Virus record (IMG/VR): IMGVR_UViG_3300031143_000003
Location: 19,287-83,286 of that record
Source: a virus
Lineage: Duplodnaviria; Heunggongvirae; Uroviricota; Caudoviricetes
Length of the DNA stretch: 64,000 nt
Reading direction: 5' to 3' (one strand)
Shown: positions 9,688 to 20,106 of the stretch, one piece after another
How positions within the stretch are numbered: the first letter of the stretch is position 1
Layout: every line of letters starts with the position of its first letter
Notes under the pieces: generated by a model
Database searches by the model: none
The model's input: the letters and a program-made list of their open reading frames with translations, nothing else
What the model was told of the DNA's origin: nothing
Translations under genes and position numbers: made by a program

Positions 9688-9713
9688 GTAAATATAAGCA
9701 AAATAGCTTACAC
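9688..9713 (-). promoter_or_regulatory. Bipartite early/middle-type promoter motif (GTGTAA-N10-TTATATTTAC) heading the sugar operon
   Basis: Same spacing as seven other copies; ends 3 nt before the ATG at 9684. Confidence 0.6.
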
Positions 9714-9857
9714 CGGAAAGTTTTTAACTAGTTTTTTTAGTTTAATTTCCAATCTAGCTAATTCTTTTGTCATTCCTTGCATTACCCATCCATCGTAATG
9801 TCCTCTTGCCGCTAGTTCCCCACGCAAGTAGTTTATTCTTTCTTGTAGTTTTTCCAT
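9708..9857 (-). CDS. Small hypothetical protein (49 aa, not in track)
   Basis: Manual translation MEKLQERINYLRGELAARGHYDGWVMQGMTKELARLEIKLKKLVKNFPV; preceded by AGGA and fills the gap exactly. Confidence 0.6.
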   Translation of the reverse strand: MEKLQERINYLRGELAARGHYDGWVMQGMTKELARLEIKLKKLVKNFPV

Positions 9858-9864
9858 TGTTTTC

Positions 9865-10302
9865 CTATTGTATTGTTCTGATGTCTAGATCAAATCTGTA
9901 GTCTATTAGTTGGACTAGTCCCATTTTATTTGGGAAGATTGTCCTATAACTATTTGAATACATTGAATCCATGTTACTAGACAATTTACTGTGATAGAAC
10001 CGCTGTGATGATTCATTCATGATCAATTTTGGTATTTCTAGTGCACGTTTTCTGTATTTCGGTATTATCCTAACACCAGTTCTCCTAGCCATTGCATTGA
10101 ACTGAATACTTGACATTAAATTTAAGTTTAGCACATGTACCTTGTTTTCCCAAATTGGATTTAGTACCAGCCACATGTAATTATCAGATTTATTGTCTAG
10201 GTTAGTATACCTATTTTGTATTACCATACCCTTCTGCAAAGCAGACTTTGGTATAATAACCGAAGATTGCTTTGCAGTTAAGTGTTGGTTATGATAATTC
10301 AT
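9865..10302 (-). CDS. Hypothetical protein (145 aa)
   Basis: ORF track; contiguous with its neighbours. Confidence 0.6.
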   Translation of the reverse strand: MNYHNQHLTAKQSSVIIPKSALQKGMVIQNRYTNLDNKSDNYMWLVLNPIWENKVHVLNLNLMSSIQFNAMARRTGVRIIPKYRKRALEIPKLIMNESSQRFYHSKLSSNMDSMYSNSYRTIFPNKMGLVQLIDYRFDLDIRTIQ

Positions 10303-10779
10303 TTAGATGTCGCCTAAACTGTACCCATTAACGTTTTTTGCAGCTTCTATGAATGTAGCATAGTATTCTGCACCATCCATATCTATTTTCTGCGTATAAT
10401 CAACGTCCTTTGAATACTGTGCTTTTTCTGATATAGTCAGTGTTTTTATTTTGGCATAACACCACCTAATACTTTCAATTTGTTCTCCAACTGGAAATAT
10501 CATTGCCTCACCAGTATTCATTGTCGTTGGATACCAGTATTTTTCACCATCATCAAATCGAAGGGCCTTTATTGCTGCCGGCATCTTCTGCTCATATGTT
10601 GATATGTCAAAATCTGGGTTATCCTTGTGGTTTAATGGATAGTTTTGAGTATAATATCCAGAACTAAGGTCCATCTCAGATTGACCGTTTTTATCGTCGT
10701 ATTCAAGTAACACTTGTTGTTTTCCGGTTATTGGTGATTTTGCCCAATATTCTTCACCGATTTTTTCAATATCATTCAT
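10303..10779 (-). CDS. Hypothetical protein coupled to GT4 gene
   Basis: ORF track; TAATG overlap with the GT4 stop at 10779. Confidence 0.65.
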   Translation of the reverse strand: MNDIEKIGEEYWAKSPITGKQQVLLEYDDKNGQSEMDLSSGYYTQNYPLNHKDNPDFDISTYEQKMPAAIKALRFDDGEKYWYPTTMNTGEAMIFPVGEQIESIRWCYAKIKTLTISEKAQYSKDVDYTQKIDMDGAEYYATFIEAAKNVNGYSLGDI

Positions 10780-12020
10780 TAGTTGCTCCCTATTTGTGGT
10801 ACATATTGTCCAATTATCTTATTAAAATCAGAATTCATTTTTTTGATTGAAAAATTATCCTTAATATACTGTGTCTGTTTTCTAGATCGTTGCATATGTT
10901 TCTTGTATTGCTTATGTACATCTCTGATTATTCCAGATGCATGATTATAGTCAACATAAAACCATTTTGATTCTGGCAATATTACATCCTTCCATACAGC
11001 TGACTTGTGCACGTTTCGTAATGTGCCTGTTAACGGTATACAGTGTTCAGATAAAAAGTCAACGTGTCCAGACCAGTTAGGGTACATTATTGGTTTACCG
11101 GTTATTCCGAATTCCAATAGTGGACGTCCAAATCCTTCGCCGTGCGTGAAGCTGATCATTGCCTTAACTTTATTGTGATTATATAAGCCATTTAATTCCT
11201 GTTGTGTCATGTCGCCATGTATCAGGTATATCTTTGGCAATATTGCACCATCTACCGATTTGTAAATTTTAGATATCTTTTCAAGTATAGATTCCCTATC
11301 GGTTAATGAGAATGTTGCAGATGACGTCTTAAGTATTAGCGCTGGCTGATTTCGCTGTGCAATGCCCTTAAATGTTTCTAAGAATGTACGAATCATGCCT
11401 CCAACATCTTTCCTATCATGTGAGAAATCACCAGCTAGCCAATGTCCAACAAATAGATAGCAGAATTCTTCTGGTATAGTTGATATGTCGGTTGATACTA
11501 TTTCAGGAATATCATCAGTCTTTATGAACGTAGACAAGTCAAGTCCCTCAAACAATACAACAATTTCGGGGTTAACTGATAACGATCTAACTGTCTCATT
11601 TGTCTTTGAATCTCGTATGTCAAACGTACTATTTTTCAAGGATGTTTTTGCATGCTCAGATGGCACAATTATTAAATCCATGTTATTGCATCCTTCAACC
11701 CATTGACTAGATGCAGAAGTTGTTTCAATACCCGCTGTTATTCCAATGTTATATTTTCCAACCTTTTGAAATTCATTTGGTACAGTTATTTGTACCCAAA
11801 TATCTGGTTGTTCATCAAAGTTTTTGCGCATGATACGACTAGTTATTTCAATATCGTCATCCGTTAGTGCGTTTCTACTACATGATCCCCAACGCTGATC
11901 CATTATTTTTACGTCGAATCTGTTCATTGCAATTAGACTTCTAATTATGTCTCGACTGTGATCACCATACCCGCTTCTACTCGATGCTGGGCAACTTATA
12001 ATTAATGTCTGTTTATTCAT
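10779..12020 (-). CDS. Glycosyltransferase family 4-like (GT-B)
   Basis: SRSGYG N-terminal motif, LFVGHWL and HGEGFGRPLLE (E-x7-E). Confidence 0.85.
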   Translation of the reverse strand: MNKQTLIISCPASSRSGYGDHSRDIIRSLIAMNRFDVKIMDQRWGSCSRNALTDDDIEITSRIMRKNFDEQPDIWVQITVPNEFQKVGKYNIGITAGIETTSASSQWVEGCNNMDLIIVPSEHAKTSLKNSTFDIRDSKTNETVRSLSVNPEIVVLFEGLDLSTFIKTDDIPEIVSTDISTIPEEFCYLFVGHWLAGDFSHDRKDVGGMIRTFLETFKGIAQRNQPALILKTSSATFSLTDRESILEKISKIYKSVDGAILPKIYLIHGDMTQQELNGLYNHNKVKAMISFTHGEGFGRPLLEFGITGKPIMYPNWSGHVDFLSEHCIPLTGTLRNVHKSAVWKDVILPESKWFYVDYNHASGIIRDVHKQYKKHMQRSRKQTQYIKDNFSIKKMNSDFNKIIGQYVPQIGSN

Positions 12021-13423
12021 TATACTAGGGCTCCTGATGGGTATTGTTGTTTTTTGATTGATGCATCTATTAACGTGTATCGTTGTCTAGGCTTAAACGT
12101 TGATATGCATGTGTCAATTGACTTCGACATTGTATCTGTCATACCTTTGGCATTAAATCCATTTTCAATTGCCCAATCTCTTCCAATTGCGCCATGATCT
12201 GATCTATTTGATTTTGGCATATTGTGCCAATACATTAACCCAGATGTTATCTGGTCAATACTAACCCTAGAATCATATATGTATGGTGTTGGTGGAGAGC
12301 CTTGTAAATTTATTTGGGGCCATAATGGATACGTCCATGATCCGTGATCCTCACTTATTTTTCCAGTGCTATTGCTTGGTGTATCTACAGTAAAATCATC
12401 TATTGTAATATACTCTCCTCGATTGTTTCTGAATCCCATTTGATCTTGTAGTCCACCTAGTACTGATGCTATTGTTGGTGTTCCTGACATAATTGCCTCC
12501 ATGTGGGATAATCCAAATCCTTCAGCTGAGCTTGGATTACATACGACATCTGCCATATTGTACAAATAGTTCATGGCTATATTTGGTAGCTTTTCTGCAC
12601 TGAATATAACGTCATATTCCGGACATAGTGCTGCGACTACTGCTGGTAAGTCGGTACCATTCTCATCAACTGGATCAGTATGCAATAACAATGCGCATTT
12701 TGACGATTCTTCAGGCGTCAATTTGTCACACATAGCTTTAAATCCAACTATTAAATCGGATATTGATTTTCGTCTAATGTTTCTGCTGTTTAGTAATGCA
12801 ATGAAGTCGTAATCTTTTCCAGATGTAGCAGTTTTTTTGAATGCTTCATATTTTGCATCATTTACTATTGGAAAAAATACATTTTCATCTATACCATGTG
12901 GAACGTATGTTAGGTCTACACCATCTAGTCTTGGTTTACGTTGACATACATGTTTGTTTATATTGTATGTCTGTTTTGATATTGCCATAAGCAAATCGCA
13001 TGATTCATATGCATTTTCATTCCAATGTGGGTATGGTAAATCGTCCCAAATATTGTAATACATAATTGGAATGTGCTGGCGGATCTCATGCTCCATCTGA
13101 TATAGCCAACCCCAAAATCTAGGATCAGTAAAATGCAATATAGCATCAATTTCTTCAGTTGCCAATATATGTCGTATTAAATCGGGAGTACCATATCCAG
13201 AAACGGGATATATCTTAACACTTGCATCCAATACACCGGTATCATCTGCTACAGCTTGTGATAAATCCAATTGCTTTCCAGCCTCAGGATGATTCATAGC
13301 TCCACCGATCTGTACCCAGTCGTACCTATCTACTGTTCCAGTGATTATTGATTTTGACATTGTACCAATGCCAGAATTCAATCTAAAGTCATCACCAAGG
13401 AATAGTATTTTCTTCTTCTTCAT
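12020..13423 (-). CDS. Glycosyltransferase family 4-like (GT-B)
   Basis: DD.R..SGIG, VPHGI, RNIRRK and SAEGFGLSHME (E-x7-E) motifs. Confidence 0.87.
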   Translation of the reverse strand: MKKKKILFLGDDFRLNSGIGTMSKSIITGTVDRYDWVQIGGAMNHPEAGKQLDLSQAVADDTGVLDASVKIYPVSGYGTPDLIRHILATEEIDAILHFTDPRFWGWLYQMEHEIRQHIPIMYYNIWDDLPYPHWNENAYESCDLLMAISKQTYNINKHVCQRKPRLDGVDLTYVPHGIDENVFFPIVNDAKYEAFKKTATSGKDYDFIALLNSRNIRRKSISDLIVGFKAMCDKLTPEESSKCALLLHTDPVDENGTDLPAVVAALCPEYDVIFSAEKLPNIAMNYLYNMADVVCNPSSAEGFGLSHMEAIMSGTPTIASVLGGLQDQMGFRNNRGEYITIDDFTVDTPSNSTGKISEDHGSWTYPLWPQINLQGSPPTPYIYDSRVSIDQITSGLMYWHNMPKSNRSDHGAIGRDWAIENGFNAKGMTDTMSKSIDTCISTFKPRQRYTLIDASIKKQQYPSGALV

Positions 13424-13467
13424 AATATAACCTACTTTTTTGTTGTGTTCATATAACGTTTATTTAG

Positions 13468-13476
13468 TATAAGTAT
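13468..13476 (-). promoter_or_regulatory. Late-type promoter motif ATACTTATA upstream of the GT4 pair
   Basis: Matches the ATA(T/C)TTATA motif found upstream of many structural genes. Confidence 0.5.
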
Positions 13477-13480
13477 CATT

Positions 13481-13882
13481 TTAATTTATGATAACGACCG
13501 ATTTTCCCAACTTTTTTGTATGTTTTATCGTGTCCATTGGACCATTTGCTTTCACGTTTGATGGTATAAACGCAATTAGACAATTAATATCCTTTGCTAA
13601 CATTTTATTTCGATGAAAAAAGTTTTTTGGCGCGTAATCTTTGTTGTAAAAATGCTCATTCATGGCTGAATAAAGGTTCTTTTGTGTATGTGATGGATTA
13701 TGTTCTATATATTTGCAGCCTAACACTAGTGCATATTTTCTAATGAATTTGTCTGCTCCAGCTCCACTTCCACTCGATATTATTACCAATTCTTCACCAA
13801 ATCGCTGTTTTAGCTGATATATTACATCTTTTATTTTGCGGCCATTGTTGTAATAATTACTACCTATTAATCCTATCCGCAT
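13481..13882 (-). CDS. SLOG/DUF2493-like (YspA-related) protein
   Basis: MRIGLIGS, IISSGSGAGAD, FHRN..LA and G(P)MDTI..TKKLGK motifs. Start moved to the second Met. Confidence 0.65.
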   Translation of the reverse strand: MRIGLIGSNYYNNGRKIKDVIYQLKQRFGEELVIISSGSGAGADKFIRKYALVLGCKYIEHNPSHTQKNLYSAMNEHFYNKDYAPKNFFHRNKMLAKDINCLIAFIPSNVKANGPMDTIKHTKKLGKSVVIIN

Positions 13883-14799
13883 CGTAGTTGTCTTTGTTTT
13901 GGTGGACATAGGTCGTGCTCTTTCTTAAACGGACAGTATGTACAATCAGTTTTATATGCAGGATATTCTGAATCTTTGTTGTATGATCCATCTGCGTTAA
14001 ATGCAGTTTCAACAAACTCCTTCATAATATCATCAGTCTTTTTTATGGATGGTTTACCAGATGCCGGCTTATAAACTTGTACTCTAGGTATCTCAAAATC
14101 TGCGCCTTCCCATATCTTACGTTTTACAATAAAATATTCTATTTCAATATTTTTTATATCAACGTCATATTGTCTAGCAAAAAAGTGCTTGTATAGCCTA
14201 AGTTGGTTTCCCTCTTTCTTGCGCTTCTTATCTTTCCATCCCATATATGAAGTTTTAATGTCGATGATTTTAATTGTATCACCATCTTTAATAACCAAAT
14301 CCATGAATCCCATGAACATTATATTTGAGTTGTATTCTACTTCATGAAATATTGGCATTTCAATACCAACTAATTCCATTTTTGTTTTTGAAAAATATCT
14401 ACTTCTAGTTTTTTTGAAATATTCAATAATAGCGACACCGTCTAAATAAAAATCTCCCATTTCAGTTGGATTACTGAAGTGGTCACCACCTTGCTCCTCT
14501 ACTCGAGTTGCATAGTCAGTGGACATTTTTGTCTTTAACATTTCTATCAGGTCAAGTTGTTCAGCCGCTACGATAGATGTATTGTACATTATATCTAAAT
14601 ATTCCTGTAGAACCTCATGCATCGCTGTTCCAAACACTAAGAACATATTTGGTTCAAAGCGTTTGTGTCCATCAATTCTCTGTAGTTTCCAAGATAGTGG
14701 GCAATTTGCATATGTTCCGAGTTGAGAATACGATATCGTTTTCTTTCCCATCTTTTTTGCAGCTATTGCGTAATCCAGTGGTGTCTTAAGTTGTGCCAT
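13873..14799 (-). CDS. PD-(D/E)XK nuclease (RecB/Cas4-like exonuclease)
   Basis: ISYSQL..Y..CP, FGTAMHE, GFMDLV...IIDIKTS, QL..Y and C-terminal CxxC-x8-C motifs. Confidence 0.82.
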   Translation of the reverse strand: MAQLKTPLDYAIAAKKMGKKTISYSQLGTYANCPLSWKLQRIDGHKRFEPNMFLVFGTAMHEVLQEYLDIMYNTSIVAAEQLDLIEMLKTKMSTDYATRVEEQGGDHFSNPTEMGDFYLDGVAIIEYFKKTRSRYFSKTKMELVGIEMPIFHEVEYNSNIMFMGFMDLVIKDGDTIKIIDIKTSYMGWKDKKRKKEGNQLRLYKHFFARQYDVDIKNIEIEYFIVKRKIWEGADFEIPRVQVYKPASGKPSIKKTDDIMKEFVETAFNADGSYNKDSEYPAYKTDCTYCPFKKEHDLCPPKQRQLRCG

Positions 14800-15008
14800 T
14801 ATTGTCTTTTTTGTATTTCTCTATTAATATACCATGCAGCTTTTTGTAAATCTTCAATTGTATTTGCTTTTTTACCAGCTCTCAATGTGTATTTTATAAC
14901 ATTACCCAAACAAAAGTTCAAGTCATATTCTTCAATTATCTTTATAACCTCAAACGGGTTGGACTCACCCCCATAATGTTGGGGATGGTCTACCTGTTCT
15001 CTAATCAT
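14799..15008 (-). CDS. DUF3310-like protein
   Basis: VDHPQHY, IE.I, FCLGNVIKY..RAGKK and EDL.KA.WY signature. Confidence 0.8.
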   Translation of the reverse strand: MIREQVDHPQHYGGESNPFEVIKIIEEYDLNFCLGNVIKYTLRAGKKANTIEDLQKAAWYINREIQKRQ

Positions 15009-15249
15009 CGTTATTTGGCTTTGGTAAAAAACCATCGTTGATATTTCCACATGACGTACATGTGTATACCTGTAACGGTATCAATGAATCCTTTCCGTTT
15101 GGAGATAGGATCGCTGATAATTTCTTGAACATAAACGCCATACTAAATGTTTGACATTCACACGATTCGCATGTAACATCTGTTAAATCGCTTGGATTAA
15201 CACTGATTTGCTGTTCTTGGTCTTGGTTCATATTGATCTCTTTTCCCAT
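15001..15249 (-). CDS. Small zinc-ribbon protein
   Basis: CESC...CTSC pairs. Start is either 15249 or 15231. Confidence 0.6.
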   Translation of the reverse strand: MGKEINMNQDQEQQISVNPSDLTDVTCESCECQTFSMAFMFKKLSAILSPNGKDSLIPLQVYTCTSCGNINDGFLPKPNNDD

Positions 15250-15251
15250 TA

Positions 15252-16880
<1,629 letters not shown>

Positions 16881-17174
16881 TTATGCCTCTAATATGGTTA
16901 GTACATCTACTTCACGGAGAATCAAAAAATCCTCTCCATTTAATTCCAATTCTTTTGCGCCATACTTTGGATATACAACCGTATCTCCGACTTTACATTG
17001 CATTTTACTTCTATTTCCATTCTCAAGAACTCGTCCTGGACCAACTGATACGATTTCACCAATTAGTGTTCCTTCTTGGGTTGTATCTGGTATAATAACT
17101 CCACCTGACGTTTGTCCGGTTTGTGTTGATTGCTTCAATATGACTTTATCGCCTACTGGTATAAACATGCTCAT
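16881..17174 (-). CDS. groES: Co-chaperonin GroES
   Basis: PVGDKV, TSGGVIIPD, GEIVSVGPG and KVGDTVVYPKY motifs. True start is probably 17168, based on SD spacing. Confidence 0.95.
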   Translation of the reverse strand: MSMFIPVGDKVILKQSTQTGQTSGGVIIPDTTQEGTLIGEIVSVGPGRVLENGNRSKMQCKVGDTVVYPKYGAKELELNGEDFLILREVDVLTILEA

Positions 17175-17198
17175 TCTCCTGTTGTTTAGATTTATACT

Positions 17199-17224
17199 GT
17201 AAATATAAGAAAAAAATATGACTT
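17199..17224 (-). promoter_or_regulatory. Bipartite early/middle-type promoter (AAGTCA-N10-TTATATTTAC)
   Basis: Repeated motif upstream of groES. Confidence 0.6.
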
Positions 17225-19661
17225 ACGACACTTTTTCTTTATATTTTTTTAATATTTCTGATACTTGTGGTATTATGCTGAATTCATCGAGTTGATCTAA
17301 TACTTGCTTCTTAAAAAATGTGTCATAATCTATGTCAAATTTATCAGTTGCGTCTATTAGGTGCAAATCATCTTCATTTAGGCATATTGCTCTGTGTCTT
17401 TCACGAGGCTTAAGCTCTTCTTCGCATTTAGATATAACATAATACAATAGCGGATTGTCAACGTTGGTTATATTTGTACCAAGTATATCATTCGTCCATT
17501 TTGCTGCCTTTACGTGCTGTGGCATTGTTTTCTTATATTCATCAAATCTTCTCGAGAATGATTTTGCCAATCCTAAATCAGCATAATCAACTGATTCAAC
17601 CTCTTCACGTAATCGGACTAGATGGCCAAGTGTTAATTGTTTTTTAACAGATAATTCGGCCAATTCATCTAACTTCACCTTCATGAATTTAGGTGCATCC
17701 TTTCTAATAATGTTTAGACCCCTAATGTATCGTTTATTTGACCCCTTCTGTATTGAGTAATATCGTTTCTTAGATGTACCAAAGTAGATGTGATCTAGAT
17801 CCTTTTCAAACTTTAAGTTCATAAAGAAATAGTCTTCATCAATTGCAGTTGCAAACTCTGGCGCAAACTCTGTTTTGAGCTGTTCATCAAATACCAATAG
17901 ATTCTTCTTCAGTTCAGGTATAGGTTTTCCGTTTAATTCAATGAAGATTGAATCGGTATCTCCATATAAAATATGATGTCCCAAATCTCGTTGCATTTTT
18001 ACTGATGCGAATTTCAATGCATTTCTAGCAAAGTAGGTGGTTGCATCTGCGCATTCTGGTTTATATAGTCTAAAGAAATTGAATCCCATTGCACCATACG
18101 TTGAGTTTAGAATAAGCTTAATCGCACCCTGTTTCTTTTCTGCTGAATACGCTTCATCTTCTGTCTCATATTCATTTGCGTCTAGTTTGCGGTTTATTTC
18201 AACACGCATTAGGAATAGATCCTTTAATAGATACGGTATAATTCCCAGTTTGTGTTTATGTCCATAGAATATGTACCTTCCACCATATATACTTTCATCT
18301 ACGCCAGTATCTATATAATCGATTTTCTGCGATTTGAGTTGGTCAACTATTTCGTCAATATCCATTCCAGCAATTTCACATTGTTGCTTCGACGCTATGA
18401 ATGTTTCAGGACTAATATTGAACGCCATAATTGTTGTTGGATATAACGAAGTATAATCCAATACTGCGACATCCCTATGTGCACCAGGCTTAGTTGGATC
18501 CAATACCATTGCACCAGCAAATGGTTGCCGTGGACTGGTTACCCTAGTTGGGAACACCATTTTTCCGTGGAATTCCTTTAGAATATAATTATCGACAATC
18601 ATTGATTTGAATAATACCAATCCAACGGATGGTAAGTTTGCAATCTGCTGCAGTGTATAATACAGTTCAAATATATCTAGCTTTTCGGCTATTTCAACTA
18701 ATATTTCAACATCCCTTATTCCATATTTTAGGAATCCAGAATAGTCGTCCATCCAATTTTTCCAAGTTGATTGTGTCAATTTTTCTATACTTGGATCATT
18801 TAGTATTTCTTTTGCAGCCGTTGCAAGTTTCCAGTTTGGTAAATTATAACCAAGATCCTGTAATGCATCCATCATATCGATGTGATCACGCCCAGTCATA
18901 AATATTTTCCAATATTCCCTACTCTTATATATTTTAATATAGTTTGTTGGGGATAGTTTCTTGTAGTCTATACCAATGTTCTTTGACCTGTTTATGATGT
19001 ATGGTAAATCATACTGACTAGAATACCATCCTGTCAATATGTCTACGTTGTACATATCTATCATATTATAGAATGTTAGTAGCATTTCATGTTCAGTCTT
19101 CGTGAAAATGAATACTTTGTTACCTTCAACAACTGATTTTGGCTCATCGTATGTTTTTGTGTGTTCAGGATGCCAAGACAATACATAGTATTTCTTATGC
19201 ATATTTGAGTACATCTGAATCGATGTAATTGGCATTCGAGCTACTTCCGGACTGTTTGCTGAATTGTCATTTGGATCATACCATGTTTCAATATCAAAGT
19301 ACATTAGGTGACGTTTGTCTGACCACTCTAATTTCTTATCTAATACATACTTGAATTCAGGTTGAACATCAGCCTCAAACGTTCGAGTTGGATGCAACTT
19401 AGATATTGCACGTACATTCTTTACGGATGTATAGAATATCTTTCTAGCTGGTTCATCGTATATACTTTTTACATGTTCATCGCTAATCTCGAATCCAGTA
19501 TAATCAATCAAGTCATCCAAATGTTCTTCCGCGTAGTAAAAATAATCCTTAAAGTTATTCACCTTAGTTACATTTTTACCTTCAGCATCGTAGCCAAATT
19601 GATGTATTTTCCAGAGTCCCCTATTGAACTCTGAACATACTCTTGCTAATTTAAAACTCAT
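17223..19661 (-). CDS. Family B DNA polymerase (gp43-like)
   Basis: Exonuclease motifs FDIET and FDLPY-like YDLPY; polymerase motifs DYTSLYPT, KLILNSTYG and YGDTDS. Confidence 0.95.
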   Translation of the reverse strand: MSFKLARVCSEFNRGLWKIHQFGYDAEGKNVTKVNNFKDYFYYAEEHLDDLIDYTGFEISDEHVKSIYDEPARKIFYTSVKNVRAISKLHPTRTFEADVQPEFKYVLDKKLEWSDKRHLMYFDIETWYDPNDNSANSPEVARMPITSIQMYSNMHKKYYVLSWHPEHTKTYDEPKSVVEGNKVFIFTKTEHEMLLTFYNMIDMYNVDILTGWYSSQYDLPYIINRSKNIGIDYKKLSPTNYIKIYKSREYWKIFMTGRDHIDMMDALQDLGYNLPNWKLATAAKEILNDPSIEKLTQSTWKNWMDDYSGFLKYGIRDVEILVEIAEKLDIFELYYTLQQIANLPSVGLVLFKSMIVDNYILKEFHGKMVFPTRVTSPRQPFAGAMVLDPTKPGAHRDVAVLDYTSLYPTTIMAFNISPETFIASKQQCEIAGMDIDEIVDQLKSQKIDYIDTGVDESIYGGRYIFYGHKHKLGIIPYLLKDLFLMRVEINRKLDANEYETEDEAYSAEKKQGAIKLILNSTYGAMGFNFFRLYKPECADATTYFARNALKFASVKMQRDLGHHILYGDTDSIFIELNGKPIPELKKNLLVFDEQLKTEFAPEFATAIDEDYFFMNLKFEKDLDHIYFGTSKKRYYSIQKGSNKRYIRGLNIIRKDAPKFMKVKLDELAELSVKKQLTLGHLVRLREEVESVDYADLGLAKSFSRRFDEYKKTMPQHVKAAKWTNDILGTNITNVDNPLLYYVISKCEEELKPRERHRAICLNEDDLHLIDATDKFDIDYDTFFKKQVLDQLDEFSIIPQVSEILKKYKEKVS

Positions 19662-19668
19662 ATTTTTA

Positions 19669-20106
19669 TTATTTTACACCAGTTGATCCAAACCCACCAG
19701 TACCACGTGTAGATGACTCGGAATATAATATATTTTCTTTGACTATTTCAACAGTTGGATCACCTAATGGCAATAAAACAAATTGTACTATCTTATCACC
19801 TGCCTCAATATGTTGAACTTGTTGACCAACATTGGTTAAGTGAATATGTATTTCACCTTGATAACCACTATCTACAACACATGCACCAACTTGTAAGTTT
19901 TTTCTAGTTGCTACTCCAGATTTATTGAATGCTATTAGTGCGAATCCAGCCGGCACATTAACCATTATTCCTGATGGTATCATTACTGCATCACCAGCGA
20001 GTAATGTTGCAGTATGGAAATCCGTTGGGACGAAGAAATCAATTCCAGCGTCTGTTGAGTTTGCCCTAGTTGGGGATTTAACGTCTCTAACTTTTGATAT
20101 TTTCAT
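19669..20106 (-). CDS. dut: Trimeric dUTPase
   Basis: AGIDF, NKSG, VVDSGYQGEI, IVQFV and RGTGGFGSTG (motifs 1-5). Confidence 0.95.
   Translation of the reverse strand: MKISKVRDVKSPTRANSTDAGIDFFVPTDFHTATLLAGDAVMIPSGIMVNVPAGFALIAFNKSGVATRKNLQVGACVVDSGYQGEIHIHLTNVGQQVQHIEAGDKIVQFVLLPLGDPTVEIVKENILYSESSTRGTGGFGSTGVK

Noticed and set aside
3832-13423. A contaminating or flanking bacterial LPS/O-antigen locus
   Set aside because: It has the same strand, packing and phage-specific promoter motifs as the rest of the window, and no wzx/wzy/wzz or initiating transferase is visible.
13873-14799. Cas4 as part of a CRISPR system
   Set aside because: No other cas genes or repeat-spacer array; stand-alone PD-(D/E)XK nucleases are common in phages.
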